A DNA stretch of 63,967 nucleotides, filler included, from Conidiobolus incongruus B7586 (GCA_000697335.1; 11 parts of 11 records of this genome joined end to end with filler, not necessarily neighbours in it); one strand, 5' to 3'. Numbered from the whole stretch's first letter, positions 1 through 13,123 are shown. Translations and numbers: made by a program. The notes: a model not told the origin generated them from the sequence alone.

Positions 1-1020
1 ATAAAAGATATAATCTAATTAGAAAATAATATTTAATTAATTTAGCTTTTATTCCTTAATAATTTTTTTAATTTATAATTTAGAATATTATAATATATTT
101 TAATATTATTTCTTCTATTCACTTTATAAAAATTTTTTATATTTAAAGACAATATATATTCTTAAGTTATAATTAACCTATCATTATATTTTTGATTCAA
201 AATTATATAATAGCTATAAAGTAATTTTTTATTTTTATTGAAATATTTTGGTTTTTTATTTCATTAAATTTAATAACTTTATTTTCATTTAACTTTAATA
301 ATAATAATTATATTATTGTTAAATTTTATAATGGGATTTTTTTATTAATAAAATTTTTTTTTAAAATGTGAGTAATATTTATTTTAATATAAAATATATA
401 TAATAATATTAATACTAACTAATATTCCTGTATAGTTTTATAATTCTTGTTATATTTCTACAATAGTATTATATTTACCTATATTAACTAATCTATAAAT
501 ATATTTTTCATCATGTTTATTTATAATATTAATAAACCTAAATTTTAGTTTAGGTGTTTTTTTAACATTATTCTTAATAACCCTAGCTATAGTAGATTAG
601 CTAACACTAGTAATTCTAATAATCTTATAAGTTGATTTATTTTCATTATAAAGTTGATTAATATATAAGTAAACTTTTTTAGAGAGAGATTTAGGTATTA
701 TAATATTAATTTTAAAATATTAGCTTAATAGTTCTATAATATATATAGTATAACAAGAGAAAAAGAAAATATATATAAGTTTTGTTATTTATACCCTTTT
801 AACTTATAAACCTACAAATTTATAACTTACCTTGGTTAAATTTTAGGTTTTGATATATTAACCAATAGCTAATAAAATATAATCAAATATAGCTAGTTAT
901 AATTAATTAATATAGGTAAATTATATATTTTAATTTAAATTTATTTAATTAAGAATTATTTAAAATATAGGTAAATATTTAAGTAATTTTGATTTTATGA
1001 CTTATTTTTAAAGGTTAGTG
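1..1020 (-). mobile_element. Degenerate Tc1-family (DD34E) DNA transposon, partial copy (5' part of transposase plus terminal repeat)
   Basis: Collinear with 46880-47937. Ends in the TIR ttttgattttatgacttatttttaaaggttagtg followed by TA. Inserted into an opposite-orientation copy of the same family. Confidence 0.85.
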
Positions 1021-1666
1021 TATATTATCTTTAAATATAAAATATCTTTATATGATTAATATAAGAATTAATATTAAGAAATATTAAAATATTTTAAATA
1101 ATAAATTAAAAAAAATCATTAAATATTATAAGTTAAATAAATTATATATTTTTTATTATATTATAGATTTTATTACTAAATAACTTAAAAGTAATAAAAT
1201 AATAGTTATAAAGTAATTTTTTTTAATTTTTAAATTTTCACTTAATTCAATATTTTTAGAATTAGTAAAAGTAATTTAATAAAGTTTTTCTTTTAATAAA
1301 AAATTTAAATTAGCTTTAAAAATATATTTAAAAAATATAAGATAAAATTAACCTTTTTTAATATAAGAAGTTAATTGATTTTATATCTTATAAACTTAAA
1401 AAAATTAAAAAAAAAGTAAATCATTTAAGTTTTAATTACTTTTTTATTATTAAAAATATATAGATTTATAAATTATTTTAAGTAAAATTTAAGGGTTGAT
1501 ATTTTAACTAATTATTAACTATATATTAATATTTAATGATTTATATTATTAATAAATATATATAGTTTTAATTATTTGATTTGGGTTTATTCTATTAAAT
1601 ATTAATTAAATTAATATTAAAAATATAAAAATTGCTGATTTTATAATTTACTTTTTTATGTTAGTT
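1021..1666 (+). mobile_element. Degenerate Tc1-family transposon, 3' part
   Basis: Collinear with 43430-44099. Starts at the TA of the transposase WGCILS codons (tatattatcttt versus tatattgtcttt) and ends in the degraded TIR gattttataatttacttttttatgttagtt. Confidence 0.75.
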
Positions 1667-2485
1667 TATATTAATATATAATAATTTTTGTTTATTAAAA
1701 ATCAAACTTTTAAAAAATTATTAATTAATTTAAACTCTTATATTGAACAATATTTAACAATATACTATTTAAAAATTATAAATAAATAATTAAAATAAAA
1801 ATAAATAATCAAAACATATATAATTTTTATTTGATTTTTATAGGAATATTAATTAATAATAAGTTTTATATTATTTATTAATTAAAATTCATTTTAAATA
1901 ATATTCTTAATATAGTTTAAAATACTTTTGATTTTAAATGATAATTTTAAGATATATAGAGTTGAAATTATAAAAGTTTCATAATTAAAAATAACTAAAC
2001 AAATGATTTTATAAAATATGTTTATAAAATTATAATATATAAAATTATCATTTTAATAATAATAAAAAATTAATTTACAAAATAGAAAATTTTTACAAAT
2101 AAATAATTGGTTTAAAAACTTGTGTATAATCTTTAATAAAAACATCATTGTTCAAGTGTTAGAAATTTGCTATAATTATAAGAAAAGTTTTTAGTAGTAA
2201 AAGAAAACATTAATTTTATATGATATATTTAATTCTGTAAATTATATAATAAGAATGTTTATTTACCTTGAATCTCAAAAAGTCTCATTAATAGAATCTA
2301 GAGTAATATTAATATTACAGATGGAATGTATATATAGAAAGTTTCAATGAATGAAATATTGTTAATTTGAAAAAAGTAGAATAACTGTGAAAAATTGACA
2401 TCAAACCAACTGATTGAATTTAACAATTTGATCTTCGCAATGCCAGGTGGTATTTGGCGATTATTTGACAAACACGATTGCTTAT

Positions 2486-2818
2486 ATAAAGTATCAACAC
2501 TACTTGAGGAAGCAGTTTTCTGAACAGAATTAGTACCGAGGGTAGTTTGAGCTATTCAATAATATGATGAGTAGGTGTTGTTGATTTTATCAAATTGATG
2601 GTATGCATAGATCAGGCAGATCTTAGTATCAATAGTCTAAATTCTAGGTTTTTATAAAGTAGATCAGGTAAAGTGATTTAGGAGTTACTGTGGTGGCTTG
2701 GCTAAATAGCCAATCAACGAATGAAGAGTAGGTGAATCTTTATGCAAGGAAAAAATAATTATTACATTAGATTGATGTAAGGATATTTGAAGAGAGAAGA
2801 AGCTCTTATCTTGTAACA
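2486..2818. repeat. Diverged solo-LTR-like repeat, copy 1 (left boundary approximate)
   Basis: Ends in TGTAACA. Aligns block-by-block with 2902-3241, e.g. tatcaacactacttgaggaagcag/tattaacacatcttgggaaagctg and acattagattgatgtaaggata/acattaggttgatataaagata. Confidence 0.55.
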
Positions 2819-2901
2819 GCATGTTGTATATTTATTTAATATTTAACATTCGAAATTTCTTCCTTTTCTAGTAATATTAAATTTTTCATTTTCATAAACT
2901 T

Positions 2902-3241
2902 TGTTATATTAACACATCTTGGGAAAGCTGTGTCCAGAGTAGTTTGGATAAATGAGAGAGATCTAGGGAATTCCAGGTAGGTGTTAGGGAGATAGGGAGT
3001 TTTGATTTAAGTCAAATAGCTGGAAGGACCCAGACCGAACTCCTCCTGAGGATAGCTCTAATTCCGGGTTTTATATAGAGCGAGTTGGGTAACGTCATTC
3101 ATGAGATCGTCTGGTGACTTGAATCATTGGCCAATTAAAAGATATAGCAAGAGAGCAAATCGTATGTGAGGGGGGAAATGACTTTAACATTAGGTTGATA
3201 TAAAGATAATTGGGCAGAAGGGAGTCACCTGACTTGTGACA
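2902..3241. repeat. Solo-LTR-like repeat, copy 2 (340 bp)
   Basis: TGTTATA...TGTGACA termini (TG..CA with imperfect inverted ends), GC-richer than the flanks, homologous to 2486-2818. No TSD found. Confidence 0.6.
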
Positions 3242-3876
3242 ATATATACTTTAATTATATTAATTTTGTGTGAAATTTTAGTTTTCATTTTCTTTCATCA
3301 ATTTATGTGGATTAATTTATTTTTGATACTTGCTTTGTATATATAATTCTATATATAGAAAAAAATTTTATTTTGCTATTTATTCTACTATAATCAGATT
3401 TCAAATTGAAAATTTACAATTAATTTGGAAATAAAATTATTGATTCAAACTAAAATAATTACTGATAATAATATTTTATAAATTTATTATAGTTTGATAG
3501 AATTTGGTATTTGGGCATAAAAAAATTTTATTTAAATTATTTCAACAGTCTGAAAGATAAATATCAGTGAGATTTATTTTGTATTAACATTAATATTGAA
3601 TATCTAATTTATATAAATAACATAGTCATTAACATTCAAAATCATTTTCAAAGGCATTTCACATATTCATTATATGTAAATTTTCTTTGTATGTGCAAAA
3701 TAATAGAATAAAATAGTATTCTAATATATACACTGAATAAAAATGAATAATAATGATTTATTGAGAAATAGCAAGATAGATAAGAAATAGAATAGTAAAT
3801 GATGATGTATCAATTCGTAAAATACATAGATGTGGTTGCTAAGTTAGGGATAGTAATTGATCATTTAAGAGCAAAT

Positions 3877-4926
3877 TCAATTCTTTAGAACAACACGATA
3901 CTTAGCTTTCATATCCTTTACTCTTTGGATTGCTTCGTTAGCTTGATTCATATCAAAGACTTCAACCAAAGGTCTAATATCATTCTTGTCAGCAAACTCC
4001 AAAGTTTTTTGGATTTCGTCGATCGAACCGATGTAAGATCCCATGATGGTAATACAGTTTTCAACCAAATCTTCTGCTTGGAACTTGATAGGAGATGGAG
4101 GGGTTGCTAACACAACGATTTTACCGCAGTAATCCATCAACTTGAGGTAATGATCCCAGTGGTTGTTGTCTGTCTTAGTGACAAAGAGATATTGAAGCTT
4201 GTGATTAATCTTGCAAAGTTCTTCAGAGTTATTGAGATCGATATGACATTTGCCACCTAGCTTGATGCAATCGTGCTCTTTTTCTTCTTGTTCAGATATA
4301 CAGAATACCTCAGCTCCCAATTTGCTAGCGAACTGAATTGCTAAGTGCCCTAAACCTCCAATTCCAACAATTCCAACCTTATCACCATCTTTAATATTTA
4401 ATCTTTGCATAGGTCCGAATACAGTCACACCAGCACACATCAATGGAGCAGCCTCTTCAGATTTAATGGATTCAGGAATTTTGAAGGCAAAATCCTTCTG
4501 GACACGGATGGCCTCTGCAAAACCTCCATAGGTCTTGGTCTCATCAGAACACTTGTCGTTATAGGCCAAAGTGCGACAGGGGCAGAGGTGAGGCTTATTA
4601 GAGGCACAACAGTTACAATCCTTCTGGAAGCAAGCTCCAATTTGGTGACCTACACCAACACGATCGCCTTCCTTCAAATTGTCAACATTTTTACCAACCG
4701 CACAGACCTTACCAACAATTTCATGACCTGGGACAAATGGAAACTTGGTTTTGCCTTTGTCGTTATTGATCAACTGGATGTCAGTACCAGAAACAGCACA
4801 GTGGGTGATTTCAATTTCGACATCGTTGTCATTCAACATTTTGGCATTGTAAGTAAAGGGTTTGAGTTCTTCGCCCTCCTTATGGACTGCTAAACATTTT
4901 ACTTCTTGGTATTTACCACCTGACAT
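3877..4926 (-). CDS. Zinc-binding medium-chain alcohol dehydrogenase, CAD/Adh6-like family (349 aa), with atypical catalytic site
   Basis: PGHEIVG motif, structural Zn cysteines CFQKDCNCCASNKPHLC, PLMCAG, GIGGLG Rossmann motif, C-terminal YRVVL. Likely start is MSGGKY at 4926, with a TATAAAT ~55 nt upstream, rather than 5040. Confidence 0.92.
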   Translation of the reverse strand: MSGGKYQEVKCLAVHKEGEELKPFTYNAKMLNDNDVEIEITHCAVSGTDIQLINNDKGKTKFPFVPGHEIVGKVCAVGKNVDNLKEGDRVGVGHQIGACFQKDCNCCASNKPHLCPCRTLAYNDKCSDETKTYGGFAEAIRVQKDFAFKIPESIKSEEAAPLMCAGVTVFGPMQRLNIKDGDKVGIVGIGGLGHLAIQFASKLGAEVFCISEQEEKEHDCIKLGGKCHIDLNNSEELCKINHKLQYLFVTKTDNNHWDHYLKLMDYCGKIVVLATPPSPIKFQAEDLVENCITIMGSYIGSIDEIQKTLEFADKNDIRPLVEVFDMNQANEAIQRVKDMKAKYRVVLKN

Positions 4927-4980
4927 TTTGATAAATAGTAAAAAATTTACTTTGTCAGGTAGTGAAGACAATGAGAGCAT

Positions 4981-4987
4981 ATTTATA
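4981..4987 (-). promoter_or_regulatory. Candidate TATA box of the ADH gene
   Basis: TATAAAT on the minus strand, 55-61 nt upstream of the ATG at 4926. Confidence 0.35.
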
Positions 4988-6795
4988 GTCGAATAAGCAT
5001 TGATGATGTTAATATGACATCCTACTGACCCGGTACTCATAATGACGGTTGTATTATTTAATATTTAAAATTTTAACTTTAAATACAAAATGCAATCATT
5101 CCAAAATTATTAGCTAAAACTTATCAAAATTAACCAATAACGAATATCGATAATAACAGATATTAGAATGTTCTATTCTAATTGTATAATAACTTACAAA
5201 GTTTCTCAAATATTTATACTACTCCTCAAAACAGTCTTTACTTCCATAATTTGAGACGATATGTAATTGATACTTCATAATGATATTATTTGAATTTCAG
5301 ATTAATTTTGAGTTGATTTTAAAAGCATTAAGATTTCATGGTTAGTTAAAATTATTGTAATTACACACCATTTGAAATAAGATAATTTGGTGTTTATGAA
5401 TAAAATTATTTAATAAAAGCTGAGTGTATGAATTACTAAAATTTTTTAATAATTTTCCTTAGAATTTATATCAAATTGACAATATTTGATGAAAAACTGA
5501 AAGAATATTGAATCTTAAAACTAAATGACCGCCCAAGTAACTTTTAACGCTTATTTCCTTAACTTTTCCAATACCAATGGAATATGACTATTTTGAAATA
5601 CAAATTTAGGTGAAATCTGTCAGAATGAAAAACTAATTTTCTATTCTAATGGATTACATTCATATCATATATAAAGATTTTTGATTATAAATTTTTATAA
5701 CAGCCTATCATATAAAAGTAATGGTAATATACATAATATTCGATATGCTTTTATTTTACAAATAGTTAAATAAGACAAAAAACTGATATACTTCTATATT
5801 TCTTTGTATTCATACTTACAATTAAGATATAAGTAACTACTCAATATAATTTATGATGGTATTCAATCAATTGAACATCATCATGAGCTAAATTAAAATC
5901 AAATTATGCATTAATTGAAACTGACATTGGAGTCATGTGATTAACTCTAAAATAGGTAATATCTTTTTTCGAAAATGATTAAATTATGGTAAGTTGTTGA
6001 TTTTTAACGTTTTAGGAATAGCATACAGTATATTATTAAGATACAAAATAAAAATAATTAATTAAATGATTTATCTTCATTATATCTTTAATCAAAAGTG
6101 CATTTTATTCCAATTAAATTTGTTATATTTCATTTTGAATCTCATTGAAAATAAATGGAAATAATTCAGAATCACTCATTTTTATCACAAGATTCTTTTA
6201 AATAAAAAATTTATATCATTAATAATGACTATTGTAAATAACTTAATTAGTATTTAGTATATGAATTATGTGATTTTGGAATTAATATTGACTTAGATTC
6301 TAATTTAATCTAAATATATAAAATTTAGAATACTCCAAAATAAAATATAAACTGTATACTAACATTGGTTTATACAAATCCCACTCAATAATTTGATTTT
6401 AATAAAATAATAGAATTTCAAATTGACTTATTTTCAATGATATATTAAATTAAACGGGATAAGGATAAGATAATAATATCTCATAGTTGTATTAAATATT
6501 TAAAATAATTTTCACAGAAAAATTACTTATTAACTATATTAATCTATTGGTAATTTTCACTTCAAAAAGAATCATAAAAACCATTTTTCGAAAACACAAT
6601 TAAATCTGAGATTGATCAAATTCCCATAATAAATTCTCATTATTCAAGTTATAAATAAAAATAAAACTGTCACTCCTTAAATTTATATAACAACAGATAC
6701 ATATAAACTTTTAAATAATTCAAACTTATAATTCATTTTAATATTCTTAAACATATTAATTCAATAATCATAGGGTATAAATGAAATAATCAAGA

Positions 6796-9700
6796 ATGAG
6801 ATTTGGAGGAAATTCAACTCAACAATCTCATTTATTTCACGATCCTACAGTTCTTCTTGCTCAACAATTAATTACTACCACTACCATTAATAATTCAAAT
6901 GAAGCCACAGTTATAAATTTGAATAAACAACATCCTCTTTTTGCTATAATTGCGGACTGGCAACATATCGAAATTGGTAATATGAATATGGTCTGTGAAG
7001 GTATTTTATATTTAATAATTACAATATACTGTGTATATTGAATATGAAGTTTAGATATTTCAAATGGATATTATTTAGAAGGAATATATAATCCCATTTA
7101 TAGTGATTCATTTAAATTTTATTTATCAACTATGGATAATAATATTTGGGGATTTAAATTTTTAGCTAATGATTTAAGAAATAATTTAAAAGTATTTTCT
7201 ATTATTCTTATAAATTATGAGAATATATATTAATTTGGATAATATTAGATAGAACCTTTCGCAATATGCCCAAACTTAAGTTTAAATTTTCAGTTGCCCA
7301 CCTACAGAATTACATTTATGAAGCGTTTCTTTCTAAATCCTGACAGTAAAAACCTCAACTTGGGAAATGATGTACTAATTGTTGGTAAATCCGATTCCTC
7401 AGTGAATATTTTAGATCCCATCACTTTACAACCCATTAACTATCTGACACTGAATTTCCCAACGCCAACAACTATCACTCATGTGGAAGTCATTGATCAC
7501 TACCTCTTAATTTGTGGTGAGGGTTACAATTTAAAAATAATCAATTGGTGGGACGATTTCTCCCCAATACAATGTTTAAAATCCGACCAATTCTCAAATT
7601 CTGGTATCTTGATTCAAAATCAAGTTGGCAGTGAGGAAGATACTTTGGTATTTAAATTACCCTCTTCACCTTCCAATACCACTGCAAAATTCCATGCTGT
7701 AGTCATAACCAGATTAGGGACTTTGGAAGTAGGTAGATTCAACGAAGCTAGCAATAACACATTGAGGTACGACGTTTTGTTGACAGCTTACCTGAAGGAC
7801 TTTATACCAATTGGTGGATTTCCAATGAAAGAAGCAGATGATAGAACTTTTAAACTTTGTCTATGGTCCAATAAATTCTTATCGGTATTTATATTCAGTC
7901 CATTTTATTATATTCGGAAACTTATAGTGATTTTTAGATTATTATCTATACCATCAAAACGAATAATATTGTCATATCTGAGAATATATCATTACCAAAT
8001 ACCGAATTCAGGGATGCTTGGGATAGAGTTTTACAGTTTAGAGATAATATTTTAATAGCCAGTACTAAGGTAATCAAAATTTATTAACATGAGCTTTATA
8101 ATACTAAACCTAGTGTTTTAGAGAGGATATATTTATTCTTTCATTCCCAAAGATCAATCTCTAACCAAATGGGATTTACGACAACTAAATTTACCTTTTA
8201 ACTCAAATCGAGTGTAATTCATCGGTATCAATTATAATCTATTGAAATTAATTGAAGTTATAATATAGCCAAGGCCAATCCTTCTCCTTACCTTTTTCCA
8301 ATCAAACTCATTTTAATATATTACAAACCAACCAAATCAATTCTAAAAGGTTTAATGCTCATTTGTATCACTTTGATAAACAAAGTTTTAAAGTAAAAAA
8401 TTCTTTGGAGTTGGCCTTTCCTTATTTAAGTAATATATTTAAAGTTCACATGTTATTAAAAGCTAATTGATTTTGTTTAGATTCTCATCCCTATTTGGTA
8501 GAAAATCAACCCAAACAAAAAACTTTGCAAATTAGTTTAAATGTTTCGCAATTGGCTAGAGGTCACAGTATGCATTCTTGATAATATTAACAATGATTAC
8601 TTTATTTATTTGTAATTTAGATGATGGAACCATTTTATTAATTCCATTACCCCATATTTTTACCCCTTCAAGTCACTTACTTCCTTTTGCATCTCCTGGC
8701 TCCGATATCATCTTGTTGGACAGTGGTCAACGCGCACCAATCACATACTTACTTGATCCTATTAGCACTATGAGCACCCGATTTAAAAATCATTTGGTAG
8801 CAGGCACTGCAGATGGATCTATCCATGTCTGGGAAATCAATTCCCATACACTGCTATTTTCTTCAACAACTCAACATTCACCCATTATGAAACTATTCCA
8901 AATACCGATTATTATCAACTCCCAGCTCAACGACACAGTACTTTGTCTGGCCAAAGATAATTCACTTTCTATCATTTCTTTGAAACGAATGACCAATTTG
9001 GGCATGATCCCAGGTAATCGGTGTCAAATCAAAACCCTCCAATGGAATTCTGAAGGCAACGCTTTAATCATCATTTACACTGACTATTCCAAGCTTTTGT
9101 GGTCTTTCCCAAGTGGTGAATTGACAATTTTCGACGAATCACATGGGCCTTTCGAGTGGGATTGTGGTGTTAATTTGCACGATTCACCAATCCCTAATTG
9201 GTCTTCGTTGGGCCTCCATCATACTATTACGTTATTGCCAATTTACTCATACCCTAATCCGGTTCCTATGATACAGATTCACCTTATCAACATCAAGCGA
9301 CTTTTATCTGATCTACATCATGGAAACGCTCCATCAATTAACTTGACAAATGGAGTGGAATTTATCTATGCAGTGCATCAAAGTAGATTTGAGCCTAACT
9401 ACTCTTCTAACAATCAAAGTACTGTTCGATCTACCACATCCAGTCAAGATTTCCCTGCACAACCAATATCTGGACTTGCACATCGATTGGCACACACTAT
9501 TCTTTCATCATTATTGCACCCTGAAGAAATTCCTTCAATTGGACAAGGATGCTATGACCATTCCTCTTTCTCGTTTAAATCAATGCTTAGCTTGGGCATT
9601 CGAGGACGTTCAACAAATGGATTTGGTATTCCTGCATGTCACCTTGCACCCAATCAAGATGCATATTTTGGATGGAAGACATCCCCAATTGCTTCAGCTA

Positions 9701-11295
9701 CCCGCTTACTCCCCATTCTAACACTAGCAAAACCTGTATTATCCACCAAATCCAAACCGGAAACTAGCTGGATTCAACTCACGACATCCTACGGCACATT
9801 ATTGGGGGATCGAGTTAGCGATGAATACCAACCGTCATCCCTATTCTATCTCTCAAAATTCTGGCCAGATTTAAGTCCGGAAATTTCGCAAGCTACTAGA
9901 GTAGGTTTCATATCGTCATTTAGTCACTATCCTCAAGATCAGCAAATTAATATTGTTCAATATTGGGGTACTCGCTTGGCTTCACCTAATTCAACGCCTA
10001 AATCGATTACTCAGATTAGAGCTTGTTTGATTTTGGCAATTATTGGAAGCGAGTACGATATTATCGATCCTTCCATATGTCCCCGCATTGCACGATCCCT
10101 AACTTACCTAATCTCGGAAGTAGTAAGTGCGGATTTGAGAATGATGGCAATCGACTTGATGTCCAAGGGATTCGCTACTTGGGAGAAGCACGTTGATCCC
10201 TCCGCAGTTCTGTACCCTCTGTTCCGATCGGCCCAAGTTTGGGGTGATTCGGGTTCGGGATCCGCAAAAATCATCCATCAAGCAATTCTAAATATCTGTA
10301 TTGCAAGTCCTGCCCTATTTGCATCCACTGCCAGCTTGGCCCTAATTGGTCAGATTACACCAACCTTTTATGACTCAGAGCCTAACGGTACTAATGATTC
10401 GCCAAGAGCTGGTGTTTTGAAGGCATTGTCCCATGTAATCCGAAATCGACCTAGTTTATTGTTGCCCTTTATTTCTGCTTTGATAGAGTCGCTCGTCAAA
10501 GTTCTAGATCCTAAAGATCCTACACTCAGAAAATCATTAATTCAAGATGCTACTCTCTTATTATTCGATATTGTAGAAACTTACACATTTATAGATTTTC
10601 ACAAGCCTACGCAACGTTTAGCTGTTGGTACCATGGAGGGAGCTGTCGTGATTTACGATGTTCGAACTTCCACAAAGTATCAAGTCTTTGAAGGCACGCA
10701 TGGCCAAATTACAGCAGTGGCAATCAGTCCCGAAGGCAAATTCATCGCGTCATATTCCAAAACGGACCAGACCTTGAACATTTGGCAACAGTCTTCGGGT
10801 TTCTTGGATTTGATCACGCGATCCTTTAGGTCGCCAACACCATCGCCCTCTACTTACAACTCCTCGTTGCAAAGTTTATTCCCAAAATCTAGCAACTATT
10901 CGCAATCTGCACCGGGTTCTGGACGAAATTCTCCCGTGGATAAGAAGGACGTATCGAAGACTCCTCAGTTGGATCCAGGACCACACTTGAAAGTACCAGG
11001 TCACTATATTCAATCCCAATTGCCTCCTCCCACTCACCACTCTTCCGCAGCATACAGATCTTTCCAATTGGGTACAATATCTCAATCGTCGCCCATATCA
11101 CCAGTCTCAGATTGGGAGCATATTGAATGGATATCAGATAGGGAACTCATTCTCAAGAAGCCGGATCAGCCCCAAAGTGCGTTCAATGCTTCCAAACGAT
11201 CGGATGTGCCTATTCAGTTGAATGGAGAGAATGATCCTCATGACATTAAGCAGAATAGTACTAATGGTCTTAGTGAATTGAGGTTTAAGATTTAA
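6796..11295 (+). CDS. WDR7/WDR72 (Rabconnectin-3 beta)-like WD40 protein, ~1374 aa, 8 exons
   Basis: Exons 6796-7000, 7055-7191, 7249-7884, 7938-8069, 8122-8213, 8269-8429, 8481-8567 and 8621-11295 join through GT-AG introns of 51-57 nt into one open frame of 4125 nt. WDR7-type motifs: LARGHNDGTILLIP, AIDLMSKGFATWEKHVD, VKVLDP, TQRLAVGTMEGAVVIYDVRT, ITAVAISPEGKFIASYS. Confidence 0.82.
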
Positions 11296-11911
11296 ATAAT
11301 CATATAAATAGTTTACAAAATAAAATGTTTACATACATTATACAGTATATTTGATATTGATTTACTATAAATTTCATGAATTAAAAAACTGTTTGGAATT
11401 GATTAATTTCAAAATTTAAGATCTAGAATAATTTCGTTGGAATTTTGTTAATAATTCGGATAAAAATATTCAAATTTTAAGGATCTTTAATCTTGTGAAA
11501 ATTGTTTTGTCCGAGAAGTATACTTGGAAAATTTAAAATTTATCCATTATTGGATCAATTTATCCATTTTTATCTAATTAATTGAATTATCAAGTAAATT
11601 AATAGAAAAACTCACCGTATTTGCGCTTTTTTAATTTCATTATTTATATATTTTAACATTTTGGTAATAATTTTTGCAATATCTTCTCAATGTATCACCT
11701 CCTTAAAACTTCCATATATTAAATCCAAATTAATATAGTCAATTTGTATATACTTTTATTTATATTTTCATATATTATCCATATTGAAAAATACTAATAT
11801 TAATTGTATTTCCAATTCCCAATAATATTCTAATACCTAAATTTTAAAACCTTTTCCAAACCATTTTTCTAATCCCTTAAATTAGAATTTTTGGATGTTA
11901 GCTAATTAAAG

Positions 11912-11980
11912 TAATGCGATTGTTAATGCGATTTAAATTTTTCAAACGCATCCATGCATAAGTTAAACTTGAGTATAAAA
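11912..11980 (+). promoter_or_regulatory. Candidate NAT promoter elements
   Basis: 10-bp direct repeat TAATGCGATT at 11912 and 11924, followed by TATAAAA at ~11974. A second TATAAA lies near 12078. Confidence 0.25.
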
Positions 11981-12121
11981 AGAGATCCATTCCCAACCCA
12001 ATCAATTCAAACAATCTTTGAAACAAATATTTAGATTCTAATGATTTAATATAGAACCATAATTTGATTCATCAGTATATAAACACTTCAAAATCCATTC
12101 AAAACATTTACATTAATAATA

Positions 12122-13123
12122 ATGACCAATAATCCTAATTTTAATTCCACTTTCAACTACAATGGAGATCAATTACAGCTATATTTGAAACGAATTAATT
12201 ATTGGACAAATTGTAACACTAGTGATTTTACTCTGAATCCTGATTTAGATACACTTAAAAGAATTACAAAATGCCATACTACTAACATACCTTATGGAAA
12301 TTTAAGCTTCCACTACTATAAGAAGCTATCGCAACCTGAGGGTAATTTTCCATGCAATATTAACGATCCTTTAACAACACAGGGTGTATCGATACACCCT
12401 CAAGATATTTTCCAAAAGCTAGTCCTTGATGAGAGGGACGGATACTGCTTCGAACACAATATCTTATGTGGTAATATGCTAATGACACTCGGTTATAATC
12501 TCTATTTCACAGGGAGTCGTATTGTAAATTCTCAAGTTTGGGATTCCTTACAAACTGTGGAGTTGACACCTATGATACATTGCTGTATGGTCATCCAACT
12601 GGATAATGTAAATTATTTACTGGATGTGGGTCTAAGACTGGGATTAAAGTCGGAGCCTATTCCAATGAAGGAAGGTATTACCATGAGAGCGAATCCTCTC
12701 ATAGAGCATCGACTCATCAGGGCTCCTTACCCTAGTCCAACTATAGAAAGCACGAATCACAATAATATACCATGGGTACTTCAAGCCAAATGCAATCAAC
12801 TCCCAAACGTCAATTGGCATCCCCGCAACGATTGGACCCCTATCACCTACACTTCACCTGCTCCTCTATATCACAAAGATATGGAAATGATAAATAATTA
12901 CGTCGTTAATGACCACTCCAATATTTTTAGAAAATTCATTACAATGTCAATTAATACATCAGAAGGTTATATTATTCTCAAGAATCAGACCCTAAGAATT
13001 TTCACATTGGATGGTGTAAGGACCCTAAGGTTGGAAACGGAACGGGATAGGCGGGAAGCTTATTGGAAGTATTTTAAAGTTAAGGTTCCGGACGACCATA
13101 TTGAATACTTGCCAAACCCTTAA
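12122..13123 (+). CDS. Arylamine N-acetyltransferase family protein (333 aa, intronless)
   Basis: IPYGNL motif and an intact Cys-His-Asp triad in RDGYCFEHN, PMIHCCMVI and YLLDVG. N-terminal YLKRI and LDTLKRI..H, C-terminal KYF. Confidence 0.92.
   Translation: MTNNPNFNSTFNYNGDQLQLYLKRINYWTNCNTSDFTLNPDLDTLKRITKCHTTNIPYGNLSFHYYKKLSQPEGNFPCNINDPLTTQGVSIHPQDIFQKLVLDERDGYCFEHNILCGNMLMTLGYNLYFTGSRIVNSQVWDSLQTVELTPMIHCCMVIQLDNVNYLLDVGLRLGLKSEPIPMKEGITMRANPLIEHRLIRAPYPSPTIESTNHNNIPWVLQAKCNQLPNVNWHPRNDWTPITYTSPAPLYHKDMEMINNYVVNDHSNIFRKFITMSINTSEGYIILKNQTLRIFTLDGVRTLRLETERDRREAYWKYFKVKVPDDHIEYLPNP

Noticed and set aside
3925..4893. ORFs 3925-4110, 4405-4893 and 4440-4640
   Set aside because: Antisense or alternate-frame shadows of the ADH gene with no recognisable motifs.
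4927..5040. 38-aa N-terminal extension of the ADH in the ORF track
   Set aside because: It contains the candidate TATA box and a UTR-like sequence. Family homology starts near MSGGKY.
9350..11101. ORFs 9350-9721, 10876-11085 and 10889-11101
   Set aside because: They overlap the WDR7-like last exon in other frames or on the other strand, with no independent support.
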